DNA from: an uncultured Planctomycetaceae bacterium
GTDB lineage: Bacteria; Planctomycetota; Planctomycetia; Pirellulales; PALSA-1355
Direction of reading: 5' to 3'
Assembly (NCBI GenBank): GCA_963785305.1
Contig: CAWAUV010000008.1
Coordinates: 448,001 to 512,000 of the forward strand
Length of the DNA: 64,000 bases
The notes under the pieces are model-generated. The model saw only the letters and a list, made by a program, of their open reading frames with translations, was not told the origin of the DNA and searched no databases. Each line of letters opens with the position of its first letter. Within the stretch, counting starts at the first letter, position 1. Of this stretch, positions 21,661 through 34,685 are shown in pieces. The position numbers were made by a program, and so were the translations under genes.

Positions 21661-21880
21661 CGGGGACCGTGTAAAAAAGCCGCGTGTCAAACACCCAGCA
21701 GCGCGAACAACGGACTTTGCGGCCTCGGCAAGCGCGAGAAGCCTTACGGAGTTGATCGGTTGTGCCGATCGCGCGGATTGAGGAAGATGGCCCGCGAATT
21801 GAGCAATTCAATGCTGCTGGCGCGCCGGCGCCGCTAGCATGGCGCCCTAAAACCGTCTCGCGCAAAGGCCCCAGCGCGAT

Positions 21881-23867
21881 TCAGATGCGCTTGAACTGCC
21901 GATCCAGTTCTTCGCGCGTAAAGATCAGCGCCGTCGGTCGGCCGTGCGGGCAATGATGCGAGTCTTGCGCCAGGTGGCGTTGCTCGACCAGCGCGGCGAT
22001 CTCGTCGGGCGTCAGACGGTCGCCGGCCTTGATCGCGGCTTTACACGAAATCATGTGCAGCAGCTCGTCGAGCACATCGCGGCGATCGGGCTGCTTCCCG
22101 CCCGAGAGCAGCCGATCGACCAGTTCGCGGAGCACTTCCGCCGGGGCGACTCCCGAGAGCATCGCCGGATAGCTCGAAACCAGCACCGTGTCGCCGCCGA
22201 AGGGCGATACCGCCACGCCCAGTCGGGCCAGAAGCTCGCGCGATTCGAGCACCGCCGCCGCCTCGGCCGGATTCAAATCCACCGGCTCGGGCACCAGGAG
22301 CGATTGGGATTCGAGCTCGCCGGCGAGCACTTTCTCGCGCAAACCTTCGTAGAGAATCCGTTCGTGCAAGGCATGTTGATCGATCACGATCATGCCGTCG
22401 TCGCTCTCGGCGATTAGATAACGATTGTGAACCTGCAGCGCGCCGCGGGCTGCTTGTGGCCCGCTCCCTGGCGCCGGGGCTCGAGTCGCCGCGTCGCGTA
22501 TCCTCGGCGGCCGCGCGCGGGCGGAGCAAAGGGGTCTTCGGCCCCGTCGGTCTGGGCGACGCTCGCGCGGGCATCGGCCTGGAACAGGCCGCGGTCAAAT
22601 CGTTCGAGCTCCAGCGGTCCGCGCGCCGGCGGATTCCAAGCCGGGGCCGCGGCGCTCATCGCGGCATTGGCCGGACGATGGTCGCCATCGCCGCCCGGCA
22701 TGCGTTCCACAAGGCCCAACCCCGCCGTGCCGCGAGGTTGGCCGGCCGCTCCGGCCACGCGTTCTTCAAGCCGCCCCTTGGCCCAATCCACCAGCTCGCG
22801 CCGTGTGCGCTCGGCATGTGCGGAGTCGACCGCTTCGGCGGCTTCATGCGTGGCCGATGGCTGCAAGCGGGCCGTGAGATCGGTGGTGAGAAACTGGGTG
22901 CGCAGAGCGCCGAGCAGCACGCTGTAGAGCCGGCCCGATTCCTGAAACCGCACTTCGAGCTTCGTGGGATGCACATTGACATCGACCAAGTCGGGCGGCA
23001 TGCCGATCTTCAAAAACGCGATTGGGAACCGGCCCGTGAGCAAGAGACCGCGATAGGCTTCGCCCAAGGCATGTTGGAGCGAGCGATCGCGAATGGCGCG
23101 GCCATTGAGAAACAGATACTGCATTCTGGGGTTCGAGCGGCTTTGGCTCGGATTGGCGGCGAAGCCCTCGAGGCTCAGCTCGCCATCGCGGCTCGACACC
23201 GGTATGAGGGCGGAGGCCAATTCGGCGCCGAAAAACGCCTCGATCCGGCCGCGCCAATCACTGGCCGCCGGCAGTTCGTACACGGTCCGCTCGCCGTGGC
23301 GGAGCGTGAGATGAATGCCGGGCTGGGCCAGCGCGATTCGGGTAAAGGCTTCGGCCACGTAGCCCATCTCGGTCTGCGTGCTGCGGAGAAACTTGCGGCG
23401 AACTGGCGTGTTGAAAAACAGATTCTTGACTTCGACCGTCGTGCCCACCGGGCAACCGCACGGGGCCACGGGTTCGCTTTCGCCACCGTGGGTGCGCAGC
23501 TCGTAGCCGGCGGCGTCGTCGCTCGTGCGGCTGCGGAGTAGAAAATGACTCACGGCCGAGATCGACGCCAGCGCCTCGCCGCGAAAGCCGAGCGTCGCCA
23601 CGCGAAACAGATCGTCGGCGTCGCGAATCTTGCTCGTCGCGTGGCTGTCGATCGCGAGCGGCAACTGTTCGGGCACGATTCCGCAGCCGTCGTCGCTCAC
23701 GCGCACCAGATCGGCCCCGCCTTGCACGACGGTCACTTCGATGCGCCTGCGCCGGCGTCGACCGCGTTTTCCATCAACTCCTTGACCACGCTCGCCGGTC
23801 GCTCGATGACTTCTCCGGCGGCGATCTTGTTGACCACCGCTTGAGTTAAACGCTGAATATCCGGCAT
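21881..23867 (-). CDS. mutL: DNA mismatch repair endonuclease MutL (frameshifts ~23750 and ~22440-22530)
   Basis: [60 protein letters not shown] and CPHGRP. Confidence 0.95.
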
Positions 23868-23978
23868 GAGCAACTCGACTCCGTTCCAGAGGCGCTGCGT
23901 TTTCGGGCTCGTCATAATCCCATTCCGGCGCCCTCGCGCTTCTCGGCGAGGGCCGGGTGATGGACGCTTCGCGGGGCG

Positions 23979-25385
23979 TTACAACTGAAAATCCTTGATC
24001 TTGCGATATAGCGTGCGTTGGCCGATGCCGAGCATTTCGGCGGCGGCCTCGCGATTGCCGCCGGCGCGTTCGAGCGTGGCGGCGACGAACAGCCGCTCGA
24101 CATCGGCCAGCGGCCGGCCCACGAGCGCTTCGAGCCCTCCGCCCGCGGGCAAGGGCGTGGTCGGGGTGGTTTCGTCGGTCAATTCCGCGGGGAGATCGTC
24201 GACATCGAGCACGCCATCGAAATCGACCACCACCATGCTCTCGACCACGTTGCGCAGCTGCCGCACATTGCCGGGCCAATGGTAGGTTTGCAGCCGGCGC
24301 CGCGCGGCGGCCGACATGGAGCGAATCGATTTATGATGCCGCTTGGCGAAGAGTTTGATGAAATGCTCGATGAGCAGGGGAATATCTTGCCCGCGCTCGT
24401 CGAGCCGGGGCAGCCGAATCGTAATCACCTTGAGCCGATGATAGAGATCGCTGCGAAACGCGCCGGCCTCGATCGATTCCTCGAGATTGCGATTCGTGGC
24501 CGACAGGATGCGGACATTGACACGCACCACATCGTTCGATCCGACACGCGTGATCTCGTTGTTTTCGAGCACTCGAAGCAGTTTGATTTGCGTGGCCAGC
24601 GGCATATCGCCGACTTCATCGAGAAACAGCGTGCCGCCGTGGGCATATTCGAACTTGCCCATCCGGTCGGTCGAGGCGTCGGTAAAGGCGCCTCGCACAT
24701 GGCCGAAGAGCTCGCTTTCGAGAATGTTTTCGCTCAGCGCGGCGCAGTTCAGCGCCACGAACGGCTTGTTCTTGCGCGGACTGTTCTGATGAATCGCCTG
24801 GGCCACGAGCTCCTTGCCCGAGCCGGTCGGCCCTTGGATCAGCACGCTGGCGTCGGTCGGAGCGATGCGCTTGAGACGATCGATCACGTCGCGCATTTGC
24901 GGACTCGAGCCGATCAGGCCCTCGAAACCAAATCGCTCGTCGAGCCGGCGATGCAGCTCGATATTGGCTTGCCGTAGGCGAACGCTGGCGACCGCTTTTT
25001 CGGCCACGGCCCGCAATTGCCCCAGGTCGAGCGGTTTGAGTAGGTAGTTGAAAGCGCCTTGCTGCATGGCGGCCACGGCCGAGGGCACCGTGCCATGGCC
25101 GGTCACGAGCACCACCTCGGCGTCGGGCAGCGCCTCTTTGGCGGCCGAAAGAATCTGAAGCCCGTCGACCTCGTTCATCATCAGATCGGTGATGATCAGA
25201 TCGAACGCCTCGGACTCGATTTTACGGCGTCCCTCGGGCCCGCTCGTGGCGATGGCGCAGTGGTAGCCTACGCGCTCGAGGCTTTCGGCCACCGCTTGGG
25301 CATGGGGCGCGTCGTTGTCGACGATGAGCACGCGCACGCCGGCTGGCTCGGCCGCGGGACGTTTCGATTGAGGGGCGACGACCAT
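23979..25385 (-). CDS. Sigma54-dependent response regulator (NtrC/AtoC family)
   Basis: REC domain, [29 protein letters not shown] and a Fis-type HTH. Confidence 0.93.
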   Translation of the reverse strand: MVVAPQSKRPAAEPAGVRVLIVDNDAPHAQAVAESLERVGYHCAIATSGPEGRRKIESEAFDLIITDLMMNEVDGLQILSAAKEALPDAEVVLVTGHGTVPSAVAAMQQGAFNYLLKPLDLGQLRAVAEKAVASVRLRQANIELHRRLDERFGFEGLIGSSPQMRDVIDRLKRIAPTDASVLIQGPTGSGKELVAQAIHQNSPRKNKPFVALNCAALSENILESELFGHVRGAFTDASTDRMGKFEYAHGGTLFLDEVGDMPLATQIKLLRVLENNEITRVGSNDVVRVNVRILSATNRNLEESIEAGAFRSDLYHRLKVITIRLPRLDERGQDIPLLIEHFIKLFAKRHHKSIRSMSAAARRRLQTYHWPGNVRQLRNVVESMVVVDFDGVLDVDDLPAELTDETTPTTPLPAGGGLEALVGRPLADVERLFVAATLERAGGNREAAAEMLGIGQRTLYRKIKDFQL

Positions 25386-25478
25386 GAGGCCGATGATAGC
25401 AAAAAAAAGGGCCAGCGCCAGTCGCCAGCCGCGCGATTCACGTCGCCAATCGCGAGATGCGCGAGGCCGGGCGGCAAC

Positions 25479-25508
25479 TTGACCGGGGCGCCGGGGCCCT
25501 CCTATGAT
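25479..25508 (+). promoter_or_regulatory. Putative sigma70 promoter, possibly giving a leaderless mRNA
   Basis: TTGACC-N18-TATGAT; the ATG follows 7 nt after the -10. Confidence 0.45.
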
Positions 25509-25515
25509 GCGAGGC

Positions 25516-26776
25516 ATGGCTACATGTTTGCGCTTTGGCGCCCAAAATCGCGTGGAAATCGATGCGCCGGCCGGCGCGATCGTGGTCGACTGCCCGGCGC
25601 CGCGAGGAGAGCCGGCCGAGGACATTGCTCTCGCCGTGTGTCAGGCCCTGGCGGAGCCGCTTGAATTTCCGCCGCTGGCCGAGGCGGTCGTGCCGGGCGA
25701 CCACATCGTGATCGTGGTGGAACATGGCGTGCCGCGGGCCAACGAGGTCGTCGCCGCGGTGGTCGAATGGTTTAGCGACGCGGGCGTCGAGCCGGCGGAT
25801 ATCTGCGTGCTGCTCGCGCCCGAAGACGGGGCGCTCGAGGCCGCCACGTTGGCTCGGCTCGGTGGTTTGCAAGAATCGGCCCGCGCCGGCCAGCCGCGGC
25901 TCGATGAACGCCGGCATGATCCGACCGATCGCGGCTCGCTGGCGTATCTGGCGAACATCGGCGAGGGCAAGCCGGTCTATTTGAACCGGCTGATCTGCGA
26001 GGCCGATTTTTTAGTCCCGATCGGTTGCGCCCGATTGGAAACGCCCGGCGGATTGCAATCGCCAAGCGAGGGCATGTATCCCGCTTTCGCCGACCCGGCG
26101 GCTCGCGCTCGCTATCGCTCGCCGAAGACGGCCGCCTCGCCGGTGCAGCGCAATCGCTTGCGGCAACAAGCCCGGGAGGTCGAGTGGTTGCTCGGCGCGA
26201 TGTTTTCGATTCGTGTCGTGCCGGGGCCGGGCGATAGTGTGCTGGCGGTCGCGGCGGGCGAGAGCCGGGCCGTGGAACAATGGACGCAAAGCCGCTGCGA
26301 TGAAGCTTGGCGATTTTCGGTTCCGGAGCCAGCCGATCTGGTGGTGGCGGCCATCGAAGGCGGACCGGCCCAGCAAACCTGGGACCACGTGGCCCGCGCG
26401 CTCGCCGCCGCCAAGCGGGCAGCGCGCGAAGGCGGGGCGATCGCGATTCTCTCGGAGCTCGACACTCCGCCGGGCCCGGCGATGCAATTTCTCTCCTCGG
26501 CCGAGAGCCCGCAAGACGCCCTGCATGCAATTACTCACGAGCGGCCCGACGATGCGCTCGCGGCCGCGCAGCTCATTCACTCGCTCGAGGGCCATCGCGT
26601 GTATCTGCTCAGCCGCCTCGAGGCCGAGGTGGTCGAATCGCTCGGCATGGCGCCGATGGCCGACGCGGGCGAAGTGCGTCGGCTGGTGGCTCGCCACGAT
26701 TCCTGCGTGTTCTTGGCCAACGCGCAACATGCGGCTCGCGGAACCGGAAGAAATGGCCGAGCCGGAAGAAAACTGA
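25516..26776 (+). CDS. Divergent lactate racemase (DUF2088/LarA-like) domain protein (frameshift ~26735)
   Basis: [35 protein letters not shown] and GGAIAILS; the C-terminus is probably ...AEPEEN. Confidence 0.7.
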
Positions 26777-26833
26777 TACTTTGTTGGGTTGATATCTTCT
26801 TTGGGCCTCGGCCCCTCCATGGGCGCAATCGCC

Positions 26834-27824
26834 ATGACCAACACGCTCTCGGTGGATCGCTCGCCGTTCGATGGCGCCGGGCTTTTGGCGCTCGACGATC
26901 GCACGCAACTTGAAATCGCGGGTCCCGACCGGGCGAAGTTCTTGCACAATTTCGTCACCAACGAAATTCGCAAACTGGCGCCGCTCGCGGGTTGCGAGAC
27001 TTTCGTGCTTTCGGCCCAAGGTAAAACGCTGGGGCATGGGGTCGTGTACCACGAGCCCGAGCGGCTGGTGTATGAAACGACTCCCGGCCAAGCCGAAAAG
27101 CTCATCGCGCACTTGGACCGATATCTTTTCGCCGAGAAGGTCACGCTCGCCGATCGCAGCCAAGAGCGGGCCGAGTGGTTGCTCGCCGGCCCGCGCGCCC
27201 GAGGCGCTGGCCGCGGCGGGCGTGGCCGAGATTCCGAGCGAGCCGCACACGATCGCCCCGGCCGCGATTGCCGGCCAGCAGGTTTGGATTCGCCGCACGA
27301 GCATGGCCGGCCCGGTCGGGTTTCTGATCGATGGCCCGCGCGAGGCGAAGGCGGCGATCGGCGCGGCGCTCGTGGCGGCGGGGGCTCGGGGCATTGACCA
27401 TGCCGCGTGGGACGCTCGCCGGATCGAATGGGGCTGGCCGCTCCAGGGCCTCGACATCACGGAAAAGAATCTGCCGCAAGAGGTCGATCGCGACCGGTTG
27501 GCGATCAGTTTCGTCAAAGGTTGCTACCTGGGGCAAGAAACAGTGGCTCGCATCGACGCCCTGGGGCATGTGAACCGCACACTGGCGGGAGTGTGCTTCC
27601 TCGCCGCCCAGCCGGGCGCGCCGCTGCCGGCGCCCGGCCTCGAGCTCACGCGCGACGGCAAACCGGCGGGGCATGTCACGTCGAGCTGCTATTCGCCCAC
27701 GCTTGCCGCGCCCTTGGCTTTGGCTTATCTCCGTCGCGAGTGCAATGCCCCCGGCACGGAGTTCGATTCGCCGCTCGGCGCCGCGCGAGCCGTGCGTTTG
27801 CCGTTGGATCTTGTAAGCGGGTGA
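26834..27824 (+). CDS. ygfZ: Folate-binding protein YgfZ/GcvT-like (frameshift ~27200)
   Basis: GPDRAKFLHNFVTN and the signature KGCYLGQE. Confidence 0.88.
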
Positions 27825-28085
27825 GCGACGGAAACTCGCCCCTCCCAGCACATATTCACACCCATGTGACAGGGTTCTGACGGCGCGAGTGAGTGCGAGC
27901 CAAGGCGCAACTGCTTTCGTGCATGTGCCTTGCGAACCAGAGGCGGCGGCCCAAGGCGTCACGGCGGCGCGAATCTCGGGATTCAGCGCCGCCGGATGGC
28001 CGGAACAAAATTGTCGTGCTTAAACCGCAATTCTATCGCGACTTACGATCAACCATCTCACGCATTTCGGGCTTGAGCCACGCGA

Positions 28086-28101
28086 TGGCACAAGGCGTGC
28101 A
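28086..28101 (+). promoter_or_regulatory. Sigma54 (-24/-12) promoter of the P-II gene
   Basis: TGGCAC-AAGGC-GTGCA has the exact GG-N10-GC spacing and lies upstream of a nitrogen regulatory gene. Confidence 0.65.
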
Positions 28102-28205
28102 TTAAGGGATTGCCGGAAAGGCCATGAGAGTCGCCAAGGGCCTGCCGCTTGCGTTCGTCGCTCGGCGAATGAAGCACAACAAGAAAAAACAACTCGCGGC
28201 TGTAA

Positions 28206-28565
<360 letters not shown>

Positions 28566-28755
28566 GTGCATTCGGGGTTGCGGCCCACCGAGCGAACTTG
28601 CGTGAGCGAGCAGATTTTCGGTCGGCCGCATGTTAAAATAAAACAAGTGTCGCGTCTCGCCACCCCAGCGAGACGCGATTCACGGCACAGGCCCGGTGGT
28701 AGGCGGAAACCAGCCCACGGGGCCTGTGCCAGTTTTATGAATCCTAGTGCGGGTT

Positions 28756-28777
28756 CAAACCCGTCATGACGGGTTTG
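28756..28777. repeat. Perfect 22-bp palindrome CAAACCCGTCATGACGGGTTTG
   Basis: Self-reverse-complementary. Confidence 0.9.
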
Positions 28778-28784
28778 TCGAAAA

Positions 28785-28867
28785 ACAAGCCTGAAGCGCA
28801 AGCGAAGGTCCCCGCGGCGTTTAAGCCGCCAGCTCAACATATTCCTTCGCTGGCGCTTCAGGCTTGT
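28785..28867. repeat. REP-like inverted repeat, family A (ACAAGCCTGAAGCGC.AGCGAAG)
   Basis: 24-bp arms at 28785-28808 and 28844-28867; further copies at 37866 and 50154. Confidence 0.85.
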
Positions 28868-29027
28868 CGGGCGCACTAGTTACTTGGGCTCGCCCGCATT
28901 GGATCGCGGGCTTCGAGCCGCCGGCGCGGCTCGCGCCGTTTCTGTCGCGAACCTCGTCGGGTACGATAGTGTCGGAACCTCGCGGGGCGAGGGCGCTCGG
29001 TGTTTTTTCCTAGAGGTCGGTTTTTCA

Positions 29028-30614
29028 ATGCGCGTGCAGATCTATGACACGACGCTGCGCGATGGCAGCCAGGGCGAAGGCGTCAACTTCTCGCTCCAAG
29101 ACAAGCTCCAAATCACCGAGCGGCTCGATAGCCTGGGCTTCGACTATATCGAAGGCGGCTATCCGCTCTCGAACGAGAAAGACGCTCGGTATTTCGAACG
29201 CGTTTGGCAGCTCGATCTCAAGCACGCCCGCGTGACCGCCTTTGGCATGACTCGCCGCCGCGGCCTCAAGGCCGAAGACGATCCAGGCATGCAAGCGCTC
29301 GTCGCTTCGCGCGCTCAAACCATCACGCTTGTCGGCAAGACTTCCGATTTTCATGTCAAGGAAGTGCTCCGCGTGTCGCTGGAAGAAAATCTGGCGATGA
29401 TCGCCGACAGCGTTCGCTTCTTGCGCGACGCCGGCCGGGAAGTGATCTACGACGCCGAACACTTTTTCGATGGCTGGAAGTCGAACCCAGCTTACGCCGC
29501 GCAGACCTTGCAAGCCGCCGCCGGCGCCGGCGCCAGTATCCTCGTGGCCTGCGACACCAATGGCGGAAGCCTGCCCGGCGAAATCGCCGCCATCTTGCGC
29601 GAAGCTCAAGGCAAGGTCGATCTTCCGTTCGGCATTCATTGCCACAATGATTGCGAGCTCGCGGTGGCCAACACGCTCGCCGCGATCGGCGCCGGCGCCG
29701 TGCATGCGCAAGGCACGATCAATGGCTTGGGCGAGCGCTGCGGCAATGCCGATCTCGTGTCGATCGTGGCCAATCTCGCGCTCAAGCATCGTGGCTACGA
29801 ACTGCTCGCGCCCGGCTCGATCGAGCGGCTCACCGAGCTGTCGCGCTTTGTCTATGAAACCGCCAACCTGCGGCTGCGGCCAGGACAGGCGTTTGTCGGC
29901 GCGAGCGCCTTTGCTCACAAGGGCGGAATGCATGTGCATGCCGTGGCGCGGGTCAGCGCCAGCTATGAACATGTGCCGCCCGAGAGCGTGGGCAACGAGC
30001 GACGCATCTTGGTGAGCGAGCTTTCGGGCCGGTCGAACATCATGGCGCTCACCAGCGATCGCGATCTGCCGCAAGACCGCGAGGTGATGGACCGGATTTT
30101 GGCCCGTGTCGTGGAGCTCGAGAATCGTGGCTACCAGTTCGAGGCCGCGCAAGGCTCCTTCGATCTGCTCGCGCAAATCCGCCGGCGCTATCGCCCACAC
30201 TTCGAGCGGCTGCATTACCGGATCAATGTCGAGACCGACACGGCGGGTTTGGTGACGACCGAGGCCACGGTCAAGCTCCGCGTGGGCGACGAAATTCGCC
30301 ATGACGTGGCCGAGGGCGATGGCCCGATCAACGCCCTCGACGCCGCGCTGCGCAAAGCCCTGGCCGACGCGTTTCCGAACTTGGCCCACATGCAGCTTGT
30401 CGACTACAAGGTGCGGGTCATCAACAGCGAGGCGGGCACGGCGGCCGGAGTGCGCGTGGTAATCGAAAGCCGCGACGAGCACGAGGTGTGGGGCACCGTG
30501 GGCGTGAGCGAAAATGTGATCGAGGCCAGCTGGATCGCGCTGGTCGACAGCTTCGAATATAAGCTGTATAAGGACGAATCCCGCGCCCGGCGGCCCAGCG
30601 CCGTCGCTCGGTAG
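29028..30614 (+). CDS. cimA: Citramalate synthase (LeuA/CimA family)
   Basis: [40 protein letters not shown] and a LeuA regulatory domain. Confidence 0.88.
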   Translation: MRVQIYDTTLRDGSQGEGVNFSLQDKLQITERLDSLGFDYIEGGYPLSNEKDARYFERVWQLDLKHARVTAFGMTRRRGLKAEDDPGMQALVASRAQTITLVGKTSDFHVKEVLRVSLEENLAMIADSVRFLRDAGREVIYDAEHFFDGWKSNPAYAAQTLQAAAGAGASILVACDTNGGSLPGEIAAILREAQGKVDLPFGIHCHNDCELAVANTLAAIGAGAVHAQGTINGLGERCGNADLVSIVANLALKHRGYELLAPGSIERLTELSRFVYETANLRLRPGQAFVGASAFAHKGGMHVHAVARVSASYEHVPPESVGNERRILVSELSGRSNIMALTSDRDLPQDREVMDRILARVVELENRGYQFEAAQGSFDLLAQIRRRYRPHFERLHYRINVETDTAGLVTTEATVKLRVGDEIRHDVAEGDGPINALDAALRKALADAFPNLAHMQLVDYKVRVINSEAGTAAGVRVVIESRDEHEVWGTVGVSENVIEASWIALVDSFEYKLYKDESRARRPSAVAR

Positions 30615-30743
30615 CTTTTCCGCGGAAACGCCGCCGGAGGTTGTCGAGCGCTCGGGCGCGAGTGCATCCGGCGTCGCATTATTCTCTTGCACCTTCCATG
30701 CGAGCCACGGACGGCGATCCGCGGCCCCACCAAATTCACCACC

Positions 30744-33700
30744 ATGGCCCGACCCACACCAGAGCCCGCTGGCGACGCCCTACCCCCGGCCAAAGCATCG
30801 CCTTCGGCCGCCACTGGGCCTTCGACCTCCGCGGCCGAGCTTCCCAAGCAGTATGATCACGCCGGGGCCGAATCCCGCTGGCTGCCCTTTTGGCGCGAGC
30901 GCGGCTACTCGAACGGCGATCCGGACACGAACGCCGATCCGGAGCGGCGCCGCAAGCCGTTTACGATCGTGATTCCGCCGCCCAATGTGACCGGCGCCTT
31001 GCACCTGGGCCACGCGCTCAACAACACCTTGCAAGACACGCTCATTCGCTGGCGCCGCATGCAGGGCTACAACACACTGTGGATGCCCGGCTCCGATCAT
31101 GCCGGCATCGCCACCCAAGCCGTGGTCGAGCGGCGACTTCTGGAAGAAGAAAAGAAGACTCGACACGATCTCGGCCGCGAGGCATTGGTCGAACGGATTT
31201 GGGCCTGGAAAAACGAATACGAGCACCGCATTCTCGGCCAATTGGCCAAGATGGGCGCGAGTTGCGATTGGCGTCGCACGCGGTTCACGCTCGACCCGGT
31301 CTGCACGCGGGCCGTGCGGCACACGTTTTTCCGCATGTTTCAAGATCACAAGATCTATCGCGGCAAGCGGCTCGTGAACTGGGATGCGTTTCTCCAGACC
31401 GCCGTGAGCGACGACGAAGTGTTTCATGAGACCGTGGCGGGGCACTTCTGGCATTTTCGCTATCCGGTGATCGATCCCCGGCCGGGCGAGCCGACGCATG
31501 TGACTATCGCCACCACGCGGCCCGAAACGATGCTCGGCGACACGGCCGTGGCCGTGCATCCCGATCCGGCCGCGGCGCTGGCGGCGGCACGAAGCCGCGC
31601 TCCGCGCGAAACTGGCCGAAGCCAGCGACAAAGATCGCGCGGCGATCGAAGCCCAACTTGCCGACGTGGCCGAGCGGCGCCAGAGCCTCTTGCCACAACT
31701 GGAAACACTGCGCGACATGGCCCTGGCCGGACGCATGCTCAGGCTTCCGCTCATCGATCGCGAGATTCCGCTCGTGGCCGATCTTTGGGCCAAGCCGGAG
31801 CTCGGCAGCGGCTGTGTGAAAATCACGCCGGCCCACGATCCGAACGACTATGAAGTGGGCAAGCGCCAGAACCTGCCAAAGATCAACATTCTCAATCCCA
31901 ACGGCACGCTGAATGTCGCGGCCGGCCCCTACGAGGGCCTCGCGATTCTCAAGGCCCGCGACCGCGTGGTGGCCGATCTCGAAGCGCTGGGGCTCATGCA
32001 GACGATCGAAGATCGCGAGATCGAGCTCGCGCATTCCGATCGCTCGAAAACTCCGATCGAGCCTTACTTGGCCGATCAATGGTTCGTGCGCATGGACGAA
32101 CTGGCCCAGTCGGCCATGGACGCCGTGACCGACGGGCGGGTGAAAATCACGCCGGCGCCTATGCCAACGGCTATCTCGATTGGCTCGGCGAAAAGCGCGA
32201 CTGGCCGGTGAGTCGGCAATTGTGGTGGGGCCATCGGATTCCGATCTGGCATGCGCCACGGTGAGCCGGGCCGAACTCGAACGCGCGTTCGCCGACCGCG
32301 AAGACATTGCTTGGCTCGAGGCCGAAGAAGGCGCCGGTTGGCTCATCTGTTCGCGCGAAGATGATCTCGCCCCGACGCCGTGCCCGGCCACGCGATTCGC
32401 CAAGACGACGATGTGCTCGACACCTGGTTCAGCTCGGCCCTGTGGCCGCACTCGACGCTTGGCTGGCCTGAAGCCACGCCCGAGCTTGCCTATTATTATC
32501 CCACGAGCGTGCTGATTACGAGCCGCGACATTATCACGCTCTGGGTGGCGCGGATGGTGCTCACGGGCCTCTACAATGTGGGCGATGTTCCGTTTCGCGA
32601 TGTGTTCATCCATCCCAAGATTCTCGATGGATTCGGCGAAACGATGTCCAAGACCAAAGGCAACGGCGTCGACCCGCTCGATGTGATCGACAAGTTCGGC
32701 GCCGACGCGATGCGCTTCGCCCTCGCGCACATGACCACCGACACGCAAGATGTGCGGATGCCGGTCGAGTTCGAGTGCCCGAACTGCAAGGGTTTGATCG
32801 AGCAGACGAAGAAAAATCGCGTGCTCGCGCGGGTCGAATGCAAGCACTGCGGCAAGCCGTTTTCCACGCAGTGGGCCAAGGCGCCGGCCGATGTGGCGCT
32901 GCCGCGCGGCGCGGTGGTGAGCGAGCGATTCGAACTGGCCCGCAACTTCTGCAACAAGCTTTGGAACGCGGCTCGCTTCGCGCAAATGAATCTCGACGGC
33001 TACGCGCCGGCGCCTACTTCCGACGCCGAACTGGCCGTGGAAGATCGCTGGCTGCTGAGCCGACTGGCGAGCGTGACCGGCGAAGTGACGGCGGCGCTCG
33101 AGAGCTTTCGCTTTGGCGACGCGGCCCGAATACTGTACGACTTCGCATGGAACGAGTTTTGTAGTTTCTATGTCGAGATGGCCAAGTCGCGCCTCGCGGC
33201 GCCCGACACCCGGCCCGCGGCGCAGCGAGTGCTGGCCGACGCGCTCGATCGGCTGATGCGGCTGTTGCATCCCATCGTGCCGTTCGTGACCGAAGAGATT
33301 TGGCAACTCTTGGGCACGGTCGCGCCGAGTCGCGGTTTGGAGCAGCCGGCGCCGGCGGCCGAGAGCGTGATGATCGCCCCCTGGCCGGCGGCCGACGCAC
33401 GACGGATCGATCGAGCAATCGAAGCGCAGTTCGCGCTTTTTCAACAAGTGCTCTCGGGGCTGCGGGAAATTCGCAGCCGGCAGAATGTGCCGCCGAAGAC
33501 GCCGATCAGGTTCAGCGTGCGCTGCGACGACGCGACGCGGGGGCTGCTCGAACCGATGCGACCCTATTTTCATTCGATGGCCGGAGCCACCGCCACCGCC
33601 TGGGGCGCCGATGCGAGGCCGCCGGCCGCGAGCGCCAGCGTTGCCGGCGCCGGCTGGGAAGTGTTCGTCGACCTTGAACACCTGATCGATGTCGAGGCCG

Positions 33701-33900
33701 AGATCGCGCGGGGCGAAAAAGAACTGGCCCGGCTCGTGGGCGCCGTGGCGGCCAAGCAGAAGCAGTTGGCCAATGAGAACTTCGTGAGCCGGGCGCCCGA
33801 GGCCGTGATTCGCAAGGAGCGAGACGCGCTCGCGCAGCTCGAGGAGCAGCATGCGGCGGCGGCGGCGCGGCTGGCGGCTTTCGCGAGGAAGCGACGGTAG
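30744..33900 (+). CDS. valS: Valine--tRNA ligase (several frameshifts ~31585, ~32155-32390)
   Basis: [62 protein letters not shown] and a C-terminal coiled coil. Confidence 0.97.
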
Positions 33901-34118
33901 ATCGGGCCGAGACCCGCGGCGCTGATCGCGTAGCATGTGGCGCTCGGCTACGCAAGCCCGCTTCCGCATTGACCGGCGCCCAGGCAGGACCCACGATTCG
34001 GGCGGTTTTCCGCCGGGCATGGCACATAGCGCATGGCAGATTTATAATCGAGCGATCGCGCTTGCCGAGAGCGCTTCCCGAGATCGATCGAGCCTGTATT
34101 CGCGCAAGGGGCCCCGTT

Positions 34119-34529
34119 ATGCCGGTCCACATGGAATTGTCTCGCATCATTATCAGCGAAATCAACGACCAGCAGTTGATCTATCTGAAAGAGGTCGAAG
34201 GCGAACGGACGTTTCCGATATTGATCGGGCTCTTCGAAGCGACGAGCATCGACCGCCGGGTGACGCACAAGTTTTCGCCCCGCCCGCTCACGCACGACCT
34301 CTTGGTAAGCGCCGTGGAATGCCTGGGCGGCGAATTTCAGGACGTGGTGATCAGCGAACTGAAGAAGGGCACCTACTACGCGCGGTTGCGCGTGCGGCAC
34401 GAAGGCGAGTTGATCGAGATCGACGCCCGCCCCTCCGACGCGATCGCCGTGGCGGTCACATGCGAGCCGGCGCTGCCGATCTATGTGTCGGAAGACGTGC
34501 TCGGCGAAGTGCTGGGCGATCAGACCTGA
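34119..34529 (+). CDS. Bifunctional nuclease family protein (DUF151)
   Basis: PILIGLFEA, RPLTHDLL and DARPSDAIA. Confidence 0.9.
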   Translation: MPVHMELSRIIISEINDQQLIYLKEVEGERTFPILIGLFEATSIDRRVTHKFSPRPLTHDLLVSAVECLGGEFQDVVISELKKGTYYARLRVRHEGELIEIDARPSDAIAVAVTCEPALPIYVSEDVLGEVLGDQT

Positions 34530-34598
34530 AGCCGACGCATCCCCTTCGGGGAGTCCTCGGAATCCGCCCGTGACCGAGCCGCGGTCTATCGCGCGCCA

Positions 34599-34685
34599 CC
34601 GGCGACTTTTCCTGACACGTTGCCAAACGCTCGGGCGAGAAGTACATTCCCCCTATCGTCGGCGATGGCGGACCTCGCGGCGAGG
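34599..34685 (+). repeat. 87-bp direct repeat, copy 1, containing a sigma70 promoter
   Basis: Identical to 38058-38144; contains TTGCCA-N17-TACATT. Confidence 0.95.

Noticed and set aside
28684..28730. SRP (4.5S) RNA-like hairpin with AGG..GGAAAC..AGC
   Set aside because: It lacks the CAGG/AGCA symmetric loop and a properly closed GNRA tetraloop; kept only as a generic sRNA candidate.
28749..28764. tRNA or tmRNA T-arm-like GCGGGTTCAAACCCGT
   Set aside because: No acceptor stem, D-arm, anticodon arm or CCA could be built, and it overlaps a DNA palindrome.
30744..33900. valS, mutL and purM as pseudogenes or programmed-frameshift genes
   Set aside because: All catalytic motifs are intact, there are no consistent slippery sites, and the indels are window-wide, so sequencing error is more parsimonious.
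34020..34036. TGGCAC upstream of the DUF151 gene as a sigma54 promoter
   Set aside because: There is no GC at the GG-N10-GC position.
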